A stretch of DNA of 64,000 nt from Auanema rhodensis (GCA_964057225.1 OZ059900.1:1860001-1924000); one strand, 5' to 3'. Counted from the first letter of the stretch, positions 27,142 to 43,685 are shown. Notes: generated by a model from the sequence alone, not told the origin. Program-made: numbers and translations.

Positions 27142-30100
27142 CAAATAGCATTACTACACTAAGTATGGTCGTTTTTATGCCTTTAACACCATATACTCAC
27201 CGATTTTTGGTACAAAATCTGTAATACTTGTAAATTTTGATCATATTTGTTAAGATTCGAGAATCAAACACATAATACACAAAATAAGTCTATTTTTACA
27301 AGTTTGCACTGATATTTATTCATTTTGATCAAAAAAGGTCGAAAATAGAAAGAATTTTTGAAATTTCCGAGTTTTGAGTCCAATTTGGCTAAATCGCTCA
27401 TATATAAGATCAAAAGCATAGTTTTATTGTCTATAACAACAAAAGTCATCAATTAAACGCTAGTGATATTTAAATACTGATTTTCGCTCAAGTAGCATTA
27501 CTACACTAAGTATGGTCGTTTTTATGCCTTTAACACCATATACTCACCGATTTTTGGTACAAAATCTGTAATACTTGTAAATTTTGATCATATTCGTTAA
27601 GATTTGAGAATCAAACATACAATACACAAAATCAGTCTATTTTTATGAGCTTGCACTGATATATATTCATTTTGATCAAAAAAGGTCGAAAATAGAAAGA
27701 ATTTTTGAAATTTCCGAGTTTTGAGTCTAATTTGGCTAAATCGCTCATATATATGATCAGAAGCATAGTTTTAATGTCTATGACAACAAAAATCATCAAT
27801 TAAACGCTAGTGATGTTTAAATACTGATTTTCGCTCAAATAGCATTACTACACTAAGTATGGTCGTTTTTATGCCTTTAACACCATATACTCACCGATTT
27901 TTGGTACAAAATCTGTAATACTCGTAAAATTTGATCATATTTGTTAAGATTTGAGAATCAAACACACAATACACAAAATCAGTCTATTTTTATGAGTTTA
28001 CACTGATATATATTCATTTTCATCAAAAAAGGTCGAAAATAGAAAGAATTTTTGAATTTTCCGAGTTTTGAGTCGAATTGGGCTAAATCGCTCATATATA
28101 TGATCAAAAGCATAGTTTTACTGTCTATGATAACAAAAGTCTTCAAAAATACACTAATAATGATTAAATCACTGAATTTCACTCAAATAGCATTACTACA
28201 CTAAGTATGGTCGTTTTTATGCCTTTAACACCATATACTCACCGATTTTTGGTACAAAATCTGTAATACTTGTAAATTTTGATCATATTTGTTAAGATTC
28301 AAGAATCAAACACATAATACACGAAATAAGTCTATTTTTACAAGTTTGCACTGATATTTATTCATTTTGATCAAAAAAAGGTCGAAAATAGAAAAATTTT
28401 TTGAAATTTCCGAGTTTTGAGTCCAATTTGGCTAAATCGCTCATATATAAGATCAAAAGCATAGTTTTATTGTCTATAACAACAAAAGTCATCAATTAAA
28501 CGCTAGTGATATTTAAATACTGATTTTCGCTCAAGTAGCATTACTACACTAAGTATGGTCGTTTTTATGCCTTTAACACCATATACTCACCGATTTTTGG
28601 TACAAAATCTGTAATACTTGTAAATTTTGATCATATTCGTTAAGATTTGAGAATCGAACATACAATACACAAAATCAGTCTATTTTTATGAGCTTGCACT
28701 GATATATATTCATTTTGATCAAAAAAGGTCGAAAATAGAAAGAATTTTTGAAATTTCCGAGTTTTGAGTCTAATTTGGCTAAATCGCTCATATATATGAT
28801 CAGAAGCATAGTTTTAATGTCTATGACAACAAAAATCATCAATTAAACGCTAGTGATGTTTAAATACTGATTTTCGCTCAAATAGCATTACTACACTAAG
28901 TATGGTCGTTTTTATGCCTTTAACACCATATACTCACCGATTTTTGGTACAAAATCTGTAATACTCGTAAATTTTGATCATATTCGTTAAGATTTGAGAA
29001 TCAAACATACAATACACAAAATCAGTCTATTTTTATGAGCTTGCACTGATATATATTCATTTTGATCAAAAAAGGTCGAAAATAGAAAGAATTTTTGAAA
29101 TTTCCGAGTTTTGAGTCTAATTTGGCTAAATCGCTCATATATATGATCAAAAGCATAGTTTTATTGTCTATGACAACAAAAGTCATCAATTAAATGCTAG
29201 TGATGTTTAAATACTGAATTTCGCTCAAATAGCATTACTACACTAAGTATGGTCGTTTTTATGCCTTTAACACCATATACTCACCGATTTTTGGTACAAA
29301 ATCTGTAATACTCGTAAATTTTGATCATATTCGGTGAGATTCGAGAATCAAACACACAATACACGAAATAAGTTTATTTTGACGAGTTTGCACTGGTATT
29401 TATTCATTTTGATCAAAAAAGGTCGAAAATAGAAAGAATTTTTGAATTTTCCGAGTTTTGAGTCCAATTGGGCTAAATCGCTCATATATATGATCAAAAG
29501 CATAGTTTTACTGTCTATGATAACAAAAGTCTTCAAATATACACTAATAATGTGTAAATCACTGAATTTCACTCAAATAGCTTTACTACACTAAGTATGG
29601 TCGTTTTTATGCCTTTAACACCATATACTCACCGATTTTTGGTACAAAATCTGTAATACTCGTAAATTTCGATCATATTCGTTAAGATTCGAGAATCAAA
29701 CACACAATACACGAAATAAGTTTAATTTTATGAGTTTGCACTGATATTTATTCATTTTGATCAAAAAAGGTCGAAAATAGAAAGAATTTTTGAATTTTCC
29801 GAGTTTTGAGTCCAATTGGGCTAAATCGCTCATATATATGATCAAAAGCATAGTTTCACTGTCTATGATAACAAAAGTCTTCAAATATACACTAATAATG
29901 ATTAAATCACTGAATTTCACTCAAATAGCATTACTACACTAAGTATGGTCGTTTTTATGCCTTTAACACCATATACTCACCGATTTTTGGTACAAAATCT
30001 GTAATACTTGTAAATTTTGATCATATTTGTTAAGATTCGAGAATCAAACACATAATACACAAAATAAGTCTATTTTTACAAGTTTGCACTGATATTTATT

Positions 30101-31310
30101 CATTTTGATCAAAAAAGGTCGAAAATAGAAAGAATTTTTGAAATTTCCGAGTTTTGAGTCCAATTTGGCTAAATCGCTCATATATAAGATCAAAAGCATA
30201 GTTTTATTGTCTATAACAACAAAAGTCATCAATTAAACGCTAGTGATATTTAAATACTGATTTTCGCTCAAGTAGCATTACTACACTAAGTATGGTCGTT
30301 TTTATGCCTTTAACACCATATACTCACCGATTTTTGGTACAAAATCTGTAATACTTGTAAATTTTGATCATATTCGTTAAGATTTGAGAATCAAACATAC
30401 AATACACAAAATCAGTCTATTTTTATGAGCTTGCACTGATATATATTCATTTTGATCAAAAAAGGTCGAAAATAGAAAGAATTTTTGAAATTTCCGAGTT
30501 TTGAGTCTAATTTGGCTAAATCGCTCATATATATGATCAGAAGCATAGTTTTAATGTCTATGACAACAAAAATCATCAATTAAACGCTAGTGATGTTTAA
30601 ATACTGATTTTCGCTCAAATAGCATTACTACACTAAGTATGGTCGTTTTTATGCCTTTAACACCATATACTCACCGATTTTTGGTACAAAATCTGTAATA
30701 CTCGTAAAATTTGATCATATTTGTTAAGATTTGAGAATCAAACACACAATACACAAAATCAGTCTATTTTTATGAGTTTACACTGATATATATTCATTTT
30801 CATCAAAAAAGGTCGAAAATAGAAAGAATTTTTGAATTTTCCGAGTTTTGAGTCGAATTGGGCTAAATCGCTCATATATATGATCAAAAGCATAGTTTTA
30901 CTGTCTATGATAACAAAAGTCTTCAAAAATACACTAATAATGATTAAATCACTGAATTTCACTCAAATAGCATTACTACACTAAGTATGGTCGTTTTTAT
31001 GCCTTTAACACCATATACTCACCGATTTTTGGTACAAAATCTGTAATACTTGTAAATTTTGATCATATTTGTTAAGATTCGAGAATCAAACACATAATAC
31101 ACGAAATAAGTCTATTTTTACAAGTTTGCACTGATATTTATTCATTTTGATCAAAAAAAGGTCGAAAATAGAAAAATTTTTTGAAATTTCCGAGTTTTGA
31201 GTCCAATTTGGCTAAATCGCTCATATATAAGATCAAAAGCATAGTTTTATTGTCTATAACAACAAAAGTCATCAATTAAACGCTAGTGATATTTAAATAC
31301 TGATTTTCGC
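27142..31310. repeat. Four-monomer block repeated at 2780-bp (8-monomer) offset
   Basis: ORF pairs 27264/30044 and 27979/30759. The private SNP CTTCAAAAAT occurs at 28141 and 30921 only. Confidence 0.8.
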
Positions 31311-34300
31311 TCAAGTAGCATTACTACACTAAGTATGGTCGTTTTTATGCCTTTAACACCATATACTCACCGATTTTTGGTACAAAATCTGTAATACTCG
31401 TAAATTTTGATCATATTCGTTAAGATTTGAGAATCAAACATACAATACACAAAATCAGTCTATTTTTATGAGCTTGCACTGATATATATTCATTTTGATC
31501 AAAAAAGGTCGAAAATAGAAAGAATTTTTGAAATTTCCGAGTTTTGAGTCTAATTTGGCTAAATCGCTCATATATATGATCAAAAGCATAGTTTTATTGT
31601 CTATGACAACAAAAGTCATCAATTAAATGCTAGTGATGTTTAAATACTGAATTTCGCTCAAATAGCATTACTACACTAAGTATGGTCGTTTTTATGCCTT
31701 TAACACCATATACTCACCGATTTTTGGTACAAAATCTGTAATACTCGTAAATTTCGATCATATTCGTTAAGATTCGAGAATCAAACACACAATACACGAA
31801 ATAAGTTTATTTTTACGAGTTTGCACTGATATTTATTCATTTTGATCAAAAAAGGTCGAAAATAGAAAGAATTTTTGAATTTTCCGAGTTTTGAGTCCAA
31901 TTGGGCTAAATCGCTCATATATATGATCAAAAGCATAGTTTCACTGTCTATGATAACAAAAGTCTTCAAATATACACTAATAATGATTAAATCACTGAAT
32001 TTCACTCAAATAGCATTACTACACTAAGTATGGTCGTTTTTATGCCTTTAACACCATATACTCACCGATTTTTGGTACAAAATCTGTAATACTTGTAAAT
32101 TTTGATCATATTTGTTAAGATTCGAGAATCAAACACATAATACACAAAATAAGTCTATTTTTACAAGTTTGCACTGATATTTATTCATTTTGATCAAAAA
32201 AGGTCGAAAATAGAAAGAATTTTTGAAATTTCCGAGTTTTGAGTCCAATTGGGCTAAATCGCTCATATATATGATCAAAAGCATAGTTTTACTGTCTATG
32301 ATAACAAAAGTCTTCAAATATACACTAATAATGATTTAATCACTGAATTTCACTCAAATAGCATTACTACACTAAGTATGGTCGTTTTTATGCCTTTAAC
32401 ACCATATACTCACCGATTTTTGGTACAAAATCTGTAATACTCGTAAATTTTGATCATATTCGTTAAGATTTGAGAATCAAACATACAATACACAAAATCA
32501 GTCTATTTTTATAAGCTTGCACTGATATATATTCATTTTGATCAAAAAAGGTCGAAAATAGAAAGAATTTTTGAAATTTCCGAGTTTTGAGTCTAATTTG
32601 GCTAAATCGCTCATATATATGATCAAAAGAATAGTTTTATTGTCTATGACAACAAAAGTCATCAATTAAATGCTAGTGATGTTTAAATACTGAATTTCGC
32701 TCAAATAGCATTACTACACTAAGTATGGTCGTTTTTATGCCTTTAACACCATATACTCACCGATTTTTGGTACAAAATCTGTAATACTCGTAAATTTTGA
32801 TCATATCCGGTGAGATTCGAGAATCAAACACACAATACACGAAATAAGTTTATTTTGACGAGTTTGCACTGGTATTTATTCATTTTGATCAAAAAAGGTC
32901 GAAAATAGAAAGAATTTTTGAATTTTCCGAGTTTTGAGTCCAATTGGGCTAAATCGCTCATATATATGATCAAAAGCATAGTTTTACTGTCTATGATAAC
33001 AAAAGTCTTCAAATATACACTAATAATGTGTAAATCACTGAATTTCACTCAAATAGCTTTACTACACTAAGTATGGTCGTTTTTATGCCTTTAACACCAT
33101 ATACTCACCGATTTTTGGTACAAAATCTGTAATACTCGTAAATTTCGATCATATTCGTTAAGATTCGAGAATCAAACACACAATACACGAAATAAGTTTA
33201 TTTTTACGAGTTTGCACTGATATTTATTCATTTTGATCAAAAAAGGTCGAAAATAGAAAGAATTTTTGAATTTTCCGAGTTTTGAGTCCAATTGGGCTAA
33301 ATCGCTCATATATATGATCAAAAGCATAGTTTCACTGTCTATGATAACAAAAGTCTTCAAATATACACTAGTAATGATTAAATCACTGAATTTCACTCAA
33401 ATAGCATTACTACACTAAGTATGGTCGTTTTTATGCCTTTAACACCATATACTCACCGATTTTTGGTACAAAATCTGTAATACTTGTAAATTTTGATCAT
33501 ATTTGTTAAGATTCGAGAATCAAACACATAATACACGAAATAAGTCTATTTTTACAAGTTTGCACTGATATTTATTCATTTTGATCAAAAAAAGGTCGAA
33601 AATAGAAAAATTTTTTGAAATTTCCGAGTTTTGAGTCCAATTTGGCTAAATCGCTCATATATAAGATCAAAAGCATAGTTTTATTGTCTATAACAACAAA
33701 AGTCATCAATTAAACGCTAGTGATATTTAAATACTGATTTTCGCTCAAGTAGCATTACTACACTAAGTATGGTCGTTTTTATGCCTTTAACACCATATAC
33801 TCACCGATTTTTGGTACAAAATCTGTAATACTTGTAAATTTTGATCATATTCGTTAAGATTTGAGAATCGAACATACAATACACAAAATCAGTCTATTTT
33901 TATGAGCTTGCACTGATATATATTCATTTTGATCAAAAAAGGTCGAAAATAGAAAGAATTTTTGAAATTTCCGAGTTTTGAGTCTAATTTGGCTAAATCG
34001 CTCATATATATGATCAGAAGCATAGTTTTAATGTCTATGACAACAAAAATCATCAATTAAACGCTAGTGATGTTTAAATACTGATTTTCGCTCAAATAGC
34101 ATTACTACACTAAGTATGGTCGTTTTTATGCCTTTAACACCATATACTCACCGATTTTTGGTACAAAATCTGTAATACTCGTAAAATTTGATCATATTTG
34201 TTAAGATTTGAGAATCAAACACACAATACACAAAATCAGTCTATTTTTATGAGTTTACACTGATATATATTCATTTTCATCAAAAAAGGTCGAAAATAGA

Positions 34301-37300
34301 AAGAATTTTTGAATTTTCCGAGTTTTGAGTCGAATTGGGCTAAATCGCTCATATATATGATCAAAAGCATAGTTTTACTGTCTATGATAACAAAAGTCTT
34401 CAAATATACACTAATAATGATTAAATCACTGAATTTCACTCAAATAGCATTACTACACTAAGTATGGTCGTTTTTATGCCTTTAACACCATATACTCACC
34501 GATTTTTGGTACAAAATCTGTAATACTTGTAAATTTTGATCATATTTGTTAAGATTCGAGAATCAAACACATAATACACAAAATAAGTCTATTTTTACAA
34601 GTTTGCACTGATATTTATTCATTTTGATCAAAAAAGGTCGAAAATAGAAAGAATTTTTGAAATTTCCGAGTTTTGAGTCCAATTGGGCTAAATCGCTCAT
34701 ATATATGATCAAAAGCATAGTTTTACTGTCTATGATAACAAAAGTCTTCAAATATACACTAATAATGATTTAATCACTGAATTTCACTCAAATAGCATTA
34801 CTACACTAAGTATGGTCGTTTTTATGCCTTTAACACCATATACTCACCGATTTTTGGTACAAAATCTGTAATACTTGTAAATTTTGATCATATTCGTTAA
34901 GATTCGAAAATCAAACACACAATACACGAAATAAGTTTATTTTTACAAGTTTGCACTGATATTTATTCATTTTGATCAAAAAAGGTCGAAAATAGAAAGA
35001 ATTTTTGAAATTTCCGAGTTTTGAGTCCAATTTGGCTAAATCGCTCATATATATGATCAAAAGCATAGTGTTATTGTCTATAACAACAAAAGTCATCAAT
35101 TAAACGCTAGTGATGTTTAAATACTGAATTTCGCTCAAATAGCATTACTACACTAAGTATGGTCGTTTTTATGCCTTTAACACCATATACTCACCGATTT
35201 TTGGTACAAAATCTGTAATACTCGTAAATTTTGATCATATTTGTTAAGATTTGAGAATCAAACATACAATACACAAAATCAGTCTATTTTTATGAGCTTG
35301 CACTGATATATATTCATTTTGATCAAAAAAGGTCGAAAATAGAAAGAATTTTTGAAATTTCCGAGTTTTGAGTCTAATTTGGCTAAATCGCTCATATATA
35401 TGATCAAAAGCATAGTTTTATTGTCTATGACAACAAAAGTCATCAATTAAATGCTAGTGATGTTTAAATACTGAATTTCGCTCAAATAGCATTACTACAC
35501 TAAGTATGGTCGTTTTTATGCCTTTAACACCATATACTCACCGATTTTTGGTACAAAATCTGTAATACTCGTAAATTTTGATCATATTCGGTGAGATTCG
35601 AGAATCAAACACACAATACACGAAATAAGTTTATTTTGACGAGTTTGCACTGGTATTTATTCATTTTGATCAAAAAAGGTCGAAAATAGAAAGAATTTTT
35701 GAATTTTCCGAGTTTTGAGTCCAATTGGGCTAAATCGCTCATATATATGATCAAAAGCATAGTTTTACTGTCTATGATAACAAAAGTCTTCAAATATACA
35801 CTAGTAATGATTAAATCACTGAATTTCACTCAAATAGCATTACTACACTAAGTATGGTCGTTTTTATGCCTTTAACACCATATACTCACCGATTTTTAAT
35901 ACAAAATCTGTAATACTTGTAAATTTTGATCATATTTGTTAAGATTCGAGAATCAAACACATAATACACGAAATAAGTCTATTTTTACAAGTTTGCACTG
36001 ATATTTATTCATTTTGATCAAAAAAAGGTCGAAAATAGAAAAATTTTTTGAAATTTCCGAGTTTTGAGTCCAATTTGGCTAAATCGCTCATATATAAGAT
36101 CAAAAGCATAGTTTTATTGTCTATAACAACAAAAGTCATCAATTAAACGCTAGTGATATTTAAATACTGATTTTCGCTCAAGTAGCATTACTACACTAAG
36201 TATGGTCGTTTTTATGCCTTTAACACCATATACTCACCGATTTTTGGTACAAAATCTGTAATACTTGTAAATTTTGATCATATTCGTTAAGATTTGAGAA
36301 TCGAACATACAATACACAAAATCAGTCTATTTTTATGAGCTTGCACTGATTTATATTCATTTTGATCAAAAAAGGTCGAAAATAGAAAGAATTTTTGAAA
36401 TTTCCGAGTTTTGAGTCTAATTTGGCTAAATCGCTCATATATATGATCAGAAGCATAGTTTTAATGTCTATGACAACAAAAATCATCAATTAAACGCTAG
36501 TGATGTTTAAATACTGATTTTCGCTCAAATAGCATTACTACACTAAGTATGGTCGTTTTTATGCCTTTAACACCATATACTCACCGATTTTTGGTACAAA
36601 ATCTGTAATACTCGTAAAATTTGATCATATTTGTTAAGATTTGAGAATCAAACACACAATACACAAAATCAGTCTATTTTTATGAGTTTACACTGATATA
36701 TATTCATTTTCATCAAAAAAGGTCGAAAATAGAAAGAATTTTTGAATTTTCCGAGTTTTGAGTCGAATTGGGCTAAATCGCTCATATATATGATCAAAAG
36801 CATAGTTTTACTGTCTATGATAACAAAAGTCTTCAAATATACACTAATAATGATTAAATCACTGAATTTCACTCAAATAGCATTACTACACTAAGTATGG
36901 TCGTTTTTATGCCTTTAACACCATATACTCACCGATTTTTGGTACAAAATCTGTAATACTTGTAAATTTTGATCATATTTGTTAAGATTCGGGAATCAAA
37001 CACATAATACACAAAATAAGTCTATTTTTACAAGTTTGCACTGATATTTATTCATTTTGATCAAAAAAGGTCGAAAATAGAAAGAATTTTTGAAATTTCC
37101 GAGTTTTGAGTCCAATTTGGCTAAATCGCTCATATATATGATCAAAAGCATAGTGTTATTGTCTATAACAACAAAAGTCATCAATTAAACGCTAGTGATG
37201 TTTAAATACTGAATTTCGCTCAAATAGCATTACTACACTAAGTATGGTCGTTTTTATGCCTTTAACACCATATACTCACCGATTTTTGGTACAAAATCTG

Positions 37301-38814
37301 TAATACTCGTAAATTTTGATCATATTCGTTAAGATTTGAGAATCAAACATACAATACACAAAATCAGTCTATTTTTATGAGCTTGCACTGATATATATTC
37401 ATTTTGATCAAAAAAGGTCGAAAATAGAAAGAATTTTTGAAATTTCCGAGTTTTGAGTCTAATTTGGCTAAATCGCTCATATATATGATCAAAAGCATAG
37501 TTTTATTGTCTATGACAACAAAAGTCATCAATTAAATGCTAGTGATGTTTAAATACTGAATTTCGCTCAAATAGCATTACTACACTAAGTATGGTCGTTT
37601 TTATGCCTTTAACACCATATACTCACCGATTTTTGGTACAAAATCTGTAATACTCGTAAATTTTGATCATATTCGGTGAGATTCGAGAATCAAACACACA
37701 ATACACGAAATAAGTTTATTTTGACGAGTTTGCACTGGTATTTATTCATTTTGATCAAAAAAGGTCGAAAATAGAAAGAATTTTTGAATTTTCCGAGTTT
37801 TGAGTCCAATTGGGCTAAATCGCTCATATATATGATCAAAAGCATAGTTTTACTGTCTATGATAACAAAAGTCTTCAAATATACACTAATAATGTGTAAA
37901 TCACTGAATTTCACTCAAATAGCTTTACTACACTAAGTATGGTCGTTTTTATGCCTTTAACACCATATACTCACCGATTTTTGGTACAAAATCTGTAATA
38001 CTCGTAAATTTCGATCATATTCGTTAAGATTCGAGAATCAAACACACAATACACGAAATAAGTTCATTTTTACGAGTTTGCACTGATATTTATTCATTTT
38101 GATCAAAAAAGGTCGAAAATAGAAAGAATTTTTGAATTTTCCGAGTTTTGAGTCCAATTGGGCTAAATCGCTCATATATATGATCAAAAGCATAGTTTCA
38201 CTGTCTATGATAACAAAAGTCTTCAAATATACACTAGTAATGATTAAATCACTGAATTTCACTCAAATAGCATTACTACACTAAGTATGGTCGTTTTTAT
38301 GCCTTTAACACCATATACTCACCGATTTTTGGTACAAAATCTGTAATACTTGTAAATTTTGATCATATTTGTTAAGATTCGAGAATCAAACACATAATAC
38401 ACGAAATAAGTCTATTTTTACAAGTTTGCACTGATATTTATTCATTTTGATCAAAAAAAGGTCGAAAATAGAAAAAATTTTTGAAATTTCCGAGTTTTGA
38501 GTCCAATTTGGCTAAATCGCTCATATATAAAATCAAAAGCATAGTTTTATTGTCTATAACAACAAAAGTCATCAATTAAACGCTAGTGATAATTAAATAC
38601 TGATTTTCGCTCAAGTAGCATTACTACACTAAGTATGGTCGTTTTTATGCCTTTAACACCATATACTCACCGATTTTTGGTACAAAATCTGTAATACTCG
38701 TAAAATTTGATCATATTTGTTAAGATTTGAGAATCAAACACACAATACACAAAATCAGTCTATTTTTATGAGTTTACACTGATATATATTCATTTTCATC
38801 AAAAAAGGTCGAAA

Positions 38815-41800
38815 ATAGAAAGAATTTTTGAATTTTCCGAGTTTTGAGTCGAATTGGGCTAAATCGCTCATATATATGATCAAAAGCATAGTTTTACTGT
38901 CTATGATAACAAAAGTCTTCAAATATACACTAATAATGATTAAATCACTGAATTTCACTCAAATAGCATTACTACACTAAGTATGGTCGTTTTTATGCCT
39001 TTAACACCATATACTCACCGATTTTTGGTACAAAATCTGTAATACTTGTAAATTTTGATCATATTTGTTAAGATTCGAGAATCAAACACATAATACACAA
39101 AATAAGTCTATTTTTACAAGTTTGCACTGATATTTATTCATTTTGATCAAAAAAGGTCGAAAATAGAAAGAATTTTTGAAATTTCCGAGTTTTGAGTCCA
39201 ATTTGGCTAAATCGCTCATATATATGATCAAAAGCATAGTTTTATTGTCTATAACAACAAAAGTCATCAATTAAACGCTAGTGATGTTTAAATACTGAAT
39301 TTCGCTCAAATAGCATTACTACACTAAGTATGGTCGTTTTTATGCCTTTAACACCATATACTCACCGATTTTTGGTACAAAATCTGTAATACTCGTAAAT
39401 TTTGATCATATTCGTTAAGATTTGAGAATCAAACATACAATACACAAAATCAGTCTATTTTTATGAGCTTGCACTGATATATATTCATTTTGATCAAAAA
39501 AGGTCGAAAATAGAAAGAATTTTTGAAATTTCCGAGTTTTGAGTCTAATTTGGCTAAATCGCTCATATATATGATCAAAAGCATAGTTTTATTGTCTATG
39601 ACAACAAAAGTCATCAATTAAATGCTAGTGATGTTTAAATACTGAATTTCGCTCAAATAGCATTACTACACTAAGTATGGTCGTTTTTATGCCTTTAACA
39701 CCATATACTCACCGATTTTTGGTACAAAATCTGTAATACTCGTAAATTTTGATCATATTCGGTGAGATTCGAGAATCAAACACACAATACACGAAATAAG
39801 TTTATTTTGACGAGTTTGCACTGGTATTTATTCATTTTGATCAAAAAAGGTCGAAAATAGAAAGAATTTTTGAATTTTCCGAGTTTTGAGTCCAATTGGG
39901 CTAAATCGCTCATATATATGATCAAAAGCATAGTTTCACTGTCTATGATAACAAAAGTCTTCAAATATACACTAGTAATGATTAAATCACTGAATTTCAC
40001 TCAAATAGCTTTACTACACTAAGTATGGTCGTTTTTATGCCTTTAACACCATATACTCACCGATTTTTGGTACAAAATCTGTAATACTCGTAAATTTTGA
40101 TCATATCCGTTAAGATTCGAGAATCAAACACACAATACACGAAATAAGTTTATTTTTACGAGTTTGCACTGATATTTATTCATTTTGATCAAAAAAGGTC
40201 GAAAATAGAAAGAATTTTTGAAATTTACGAGTTTTGAGTCTAATTTGGCTAAATCGCTCATATATATGATCAAAAGCATAGTTTTACTGTCTATGATAAC
40301 AAAAGTCTTCAAATATACACTAATAATGATTGAATCACTGAATTTCACTCAAATAGCATTACTACACTAAGTATGGTCGTTTTTATGCCTTTAACACCAT
40401 ATACTCACCGATTTTTGGTACAAAATTTGTAATACTCGTAAATTTTGATCATATTCGTTAAGATTCGAGAATCAAACACACAATACACGAAATAAGTTTA
40501 TTTTTACGAGTTTGCACTGATATTTATTCATTTTGATCAAAAAAGGTCGAAAATAGAAAGAATTTTTGAATTTTCCGAGTTTTGAGTCCAATTGGGCTAA
40601 ATCGCTCATATATATGATCAAAAGCATAGTTTTACTGTCTATGATAACAAAAGTCTTCAAATATACACTAGTAATGATTAAATCACTGAATTTCACTCAA
40701 ATAGCTTTACTACACTAAGTATGGTCGTTTTTATGCCTTTAACACCATATACTCACCGATTTTTGGTACAAAATCTGTAATACTCGTAAATTTTGATCAT
40801 ATCCGTTAAGATTCGAGAATCAAACACACAATACACGAAATAAGTTTATTTTTACGAGTTTGCACTGATATTTATTCATTTTGATCAAAAAAGGTCGAAA
40901 ATAGAAAGAATTTTTGAATTTTCCGAGTTTTGAGTCCAATTGGGCTAAATCGCTCATATATATGATCAAAAGCATAGTTTCACTGTCTATGATAACAAAA
41001 GTCTTCAAATATACACTAGTAATGATTAAATCACTGAATTTCACTCAAATAGCATTACTACACTAAGTATGGTCGTTTTTATGCCTTTAACACCATATAC
41101 TCACCGATTTTTGGTACAAAATCTGTAATACTTGTAAATTTTGATCATATTCGTTAAGATTTGAGAATCAAACACATAATACACGAAATAAGTCTTTTTT
41201 TACAAGTTTGCACTGATATTTATTCATTTTGATCAAAAAAGGTCGAAAATAGAAAGAATTTTTGAATTTTCCGAGTTTTGAGTCGAATTGGGCTAAATCG
41301 CTCATATATATGATCAAAAGCATAGTTTTACTGTCTATGATAACAAAAGTCTTCAAATATACACTAATAATGATTAAATCACTGAATTTCACTCAAATAG
41401 CATTACTACACTAAGTATGGTCGTTTTTATGCCTTTAACACCATATACTCACCGATTTTTGGTACAAAATCTGTAATACTTGTAAATTTTGATCATATTT
41501 GTTAAGATTCGAGAATCAAACACATAATACACAAAATAAGTCTATTTTTACAAGTTTGCACTGATATTTATTCATTTTGATCAAAAAAGGTCGAAAATAG
41601 AAAGAATTTTTGAAATTTCCGAGTTTTGAGTCCAATTTGGCTAAATCGCTCATATATATGATCAAAAGCATAGTTTTATTGTCTATAACAACAAAAGTCA
41701 TCAATTAAACGCTAGTGATGTTTAAATACTGAATTTCGCTCAAATAGCATTACTACACTAAGTATGGTCGTTTTTATGCCTTTAACACCATATACTCACC

Positions 41801-43685
41801 GATTTTTGGTACAAAATCTGTAATACTCGTAAATTTTGATCATATTCGTTAAGATTTGAGAATCAAACATACAATACACAAAATCAGTCTATTTTTATGA
41901 GCTTGCACTGATATATATTCATTTTGATCAAAAAAGGTCGAAAATAGAAAGAATTTTTGAAATTTCCGAGTTTTGAGTCTAATTTGGCTAAATCGCTCAT
42001 ATATATGATCAAAAGCATAGTTTTATTGTCTATGACAACAAAAGTCATCAATTAAATGCTAGTGATGTTTAAATACTGAATTTCGCTCAAATAGCATTAC
42101 TACACTAAGTATGGTCGTTTTTATGCCTTTAACACCATATACTCACCGATTTTTGGTACAAAATCTGTAATACTCGTAAATTTTGATCATATTCGGTGAG
42201 ATTCGAGAATCAAACACACAATACACGAAATAAGTTTATTTTGACGAGTTTGCACTGGTATTTATTCATTTTGATCAAAAAAGGTCGAAAATAGAAAGAA
42301 TTTTTGAATTTTCCGAGTTTTGAGTCCAATTGGGCTAAATCGCTCATATATATGATCAAAAGCATAGTTTCACTGTCTATGATAACAAAAGTCTTCAAAT
42401 ATACACTAGTAATGATTAAATCACTGAATTTCACTCAAATAGCTTTACTACACTAAGTATGGTCGTTTTTATGCCTTTAACACCATATACTCACCGATTT
42501 TTGGTACAAAATCTGTAATACTCGTAAATTTTGATCATATCCGTTAAGATTCGAGAATCAAACACACAATACACGAAATAAGTTTATTTTTACGAGTTTG
42601 CACTGATATTTATTCATTTTGATCAAAAAAGGTCGAAAATAGAAAGAATTTTTGAAATTTACGAGTTTTGAGTCTAATTTGGCTAAATCGCTCATATATA
42701 TGATCAAAAGCATAGTTTTACTGTCTATGATAACAAAAGTCTTCAAATATACACTAATAATGATTGAATCACTGAATTTCACTCAAATAGCATTACTACA
42801 CTAAGTATGGTCGTTTTTATGCCTTTAACACCATATACTCACCGATTTTTGGTACAAAATTTGTAATACTCGTAAATTTTGATCATATTCGTTAAGATTC
42901 GAGAATCAAACACACAATACACGAAATAAGTTTATTTTTACGAGTTTGCACTGATATTTATTCATTTTGATCAAAAAAGGTCGAAAATAGAAAGAATTTT
43001 TGAATTTTCCGAGTTTTGAGTCCAATTGGGCTAAATCGCTCATATATATGATCAAAAGCATAGTTTTACTGTCTATGATAACAAAAGTCTTCAAATATAC
43101 ACTAGTAATGATTAAATCACTGAATTTCACTCAAATAGCTTTACTACACTAAGTATGGTCGTTTTTATGCCTTTAACACCATATACTCACCGATTTTTGG
43201 TACAAAATCTGTAATACTCGTAAATTTTGATCATATCCGTTAAGATTCGAGAATCAAACACACAATACACGAAATAAGTTTATTTTTACGAGTTTGCACT
43301 GATATTTATTCATTTTGATCAAAAAAGGTCGAAAATAGAAAGAATTTTTGAATTTTCCGAGTTTTGAGTCCAATTGGGCTAAATCGCTCATATATATGAT
43401 CAAAAGCATAGTTTCACTGTCTATGATAACAAAAGTCTTCAAATATACACTAGTAATGATTAAATCACTGAATTTCACTCAAATAGCATTACTACACTAA
43501 GTATGGTCGTTTTTATGCCTTTAACACCATATACTCACCGATTTTTGGTACAAAATCTGTAATACTTGTAAATTTTGATCATATTCGTTAAGATTTGAGA
43601 ATCAAACACATAATACACGAAATAAGTCTTTTTTTACAAGTTTGCACTGATATTTATTCATTTTGATCAAAAAAGGTCGAAAATA
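38815..43685. repeat. Tandem duplication of a 7-monomer (2434 bp) block
   Basis: ORF pairs 39082/41516, 39776/42210, 40124/42558, 40472/42906, 40820/43254. The private SNP CAAAATTTGTAAT occurs at about 40427 and 42861. Confidence 0.9.
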
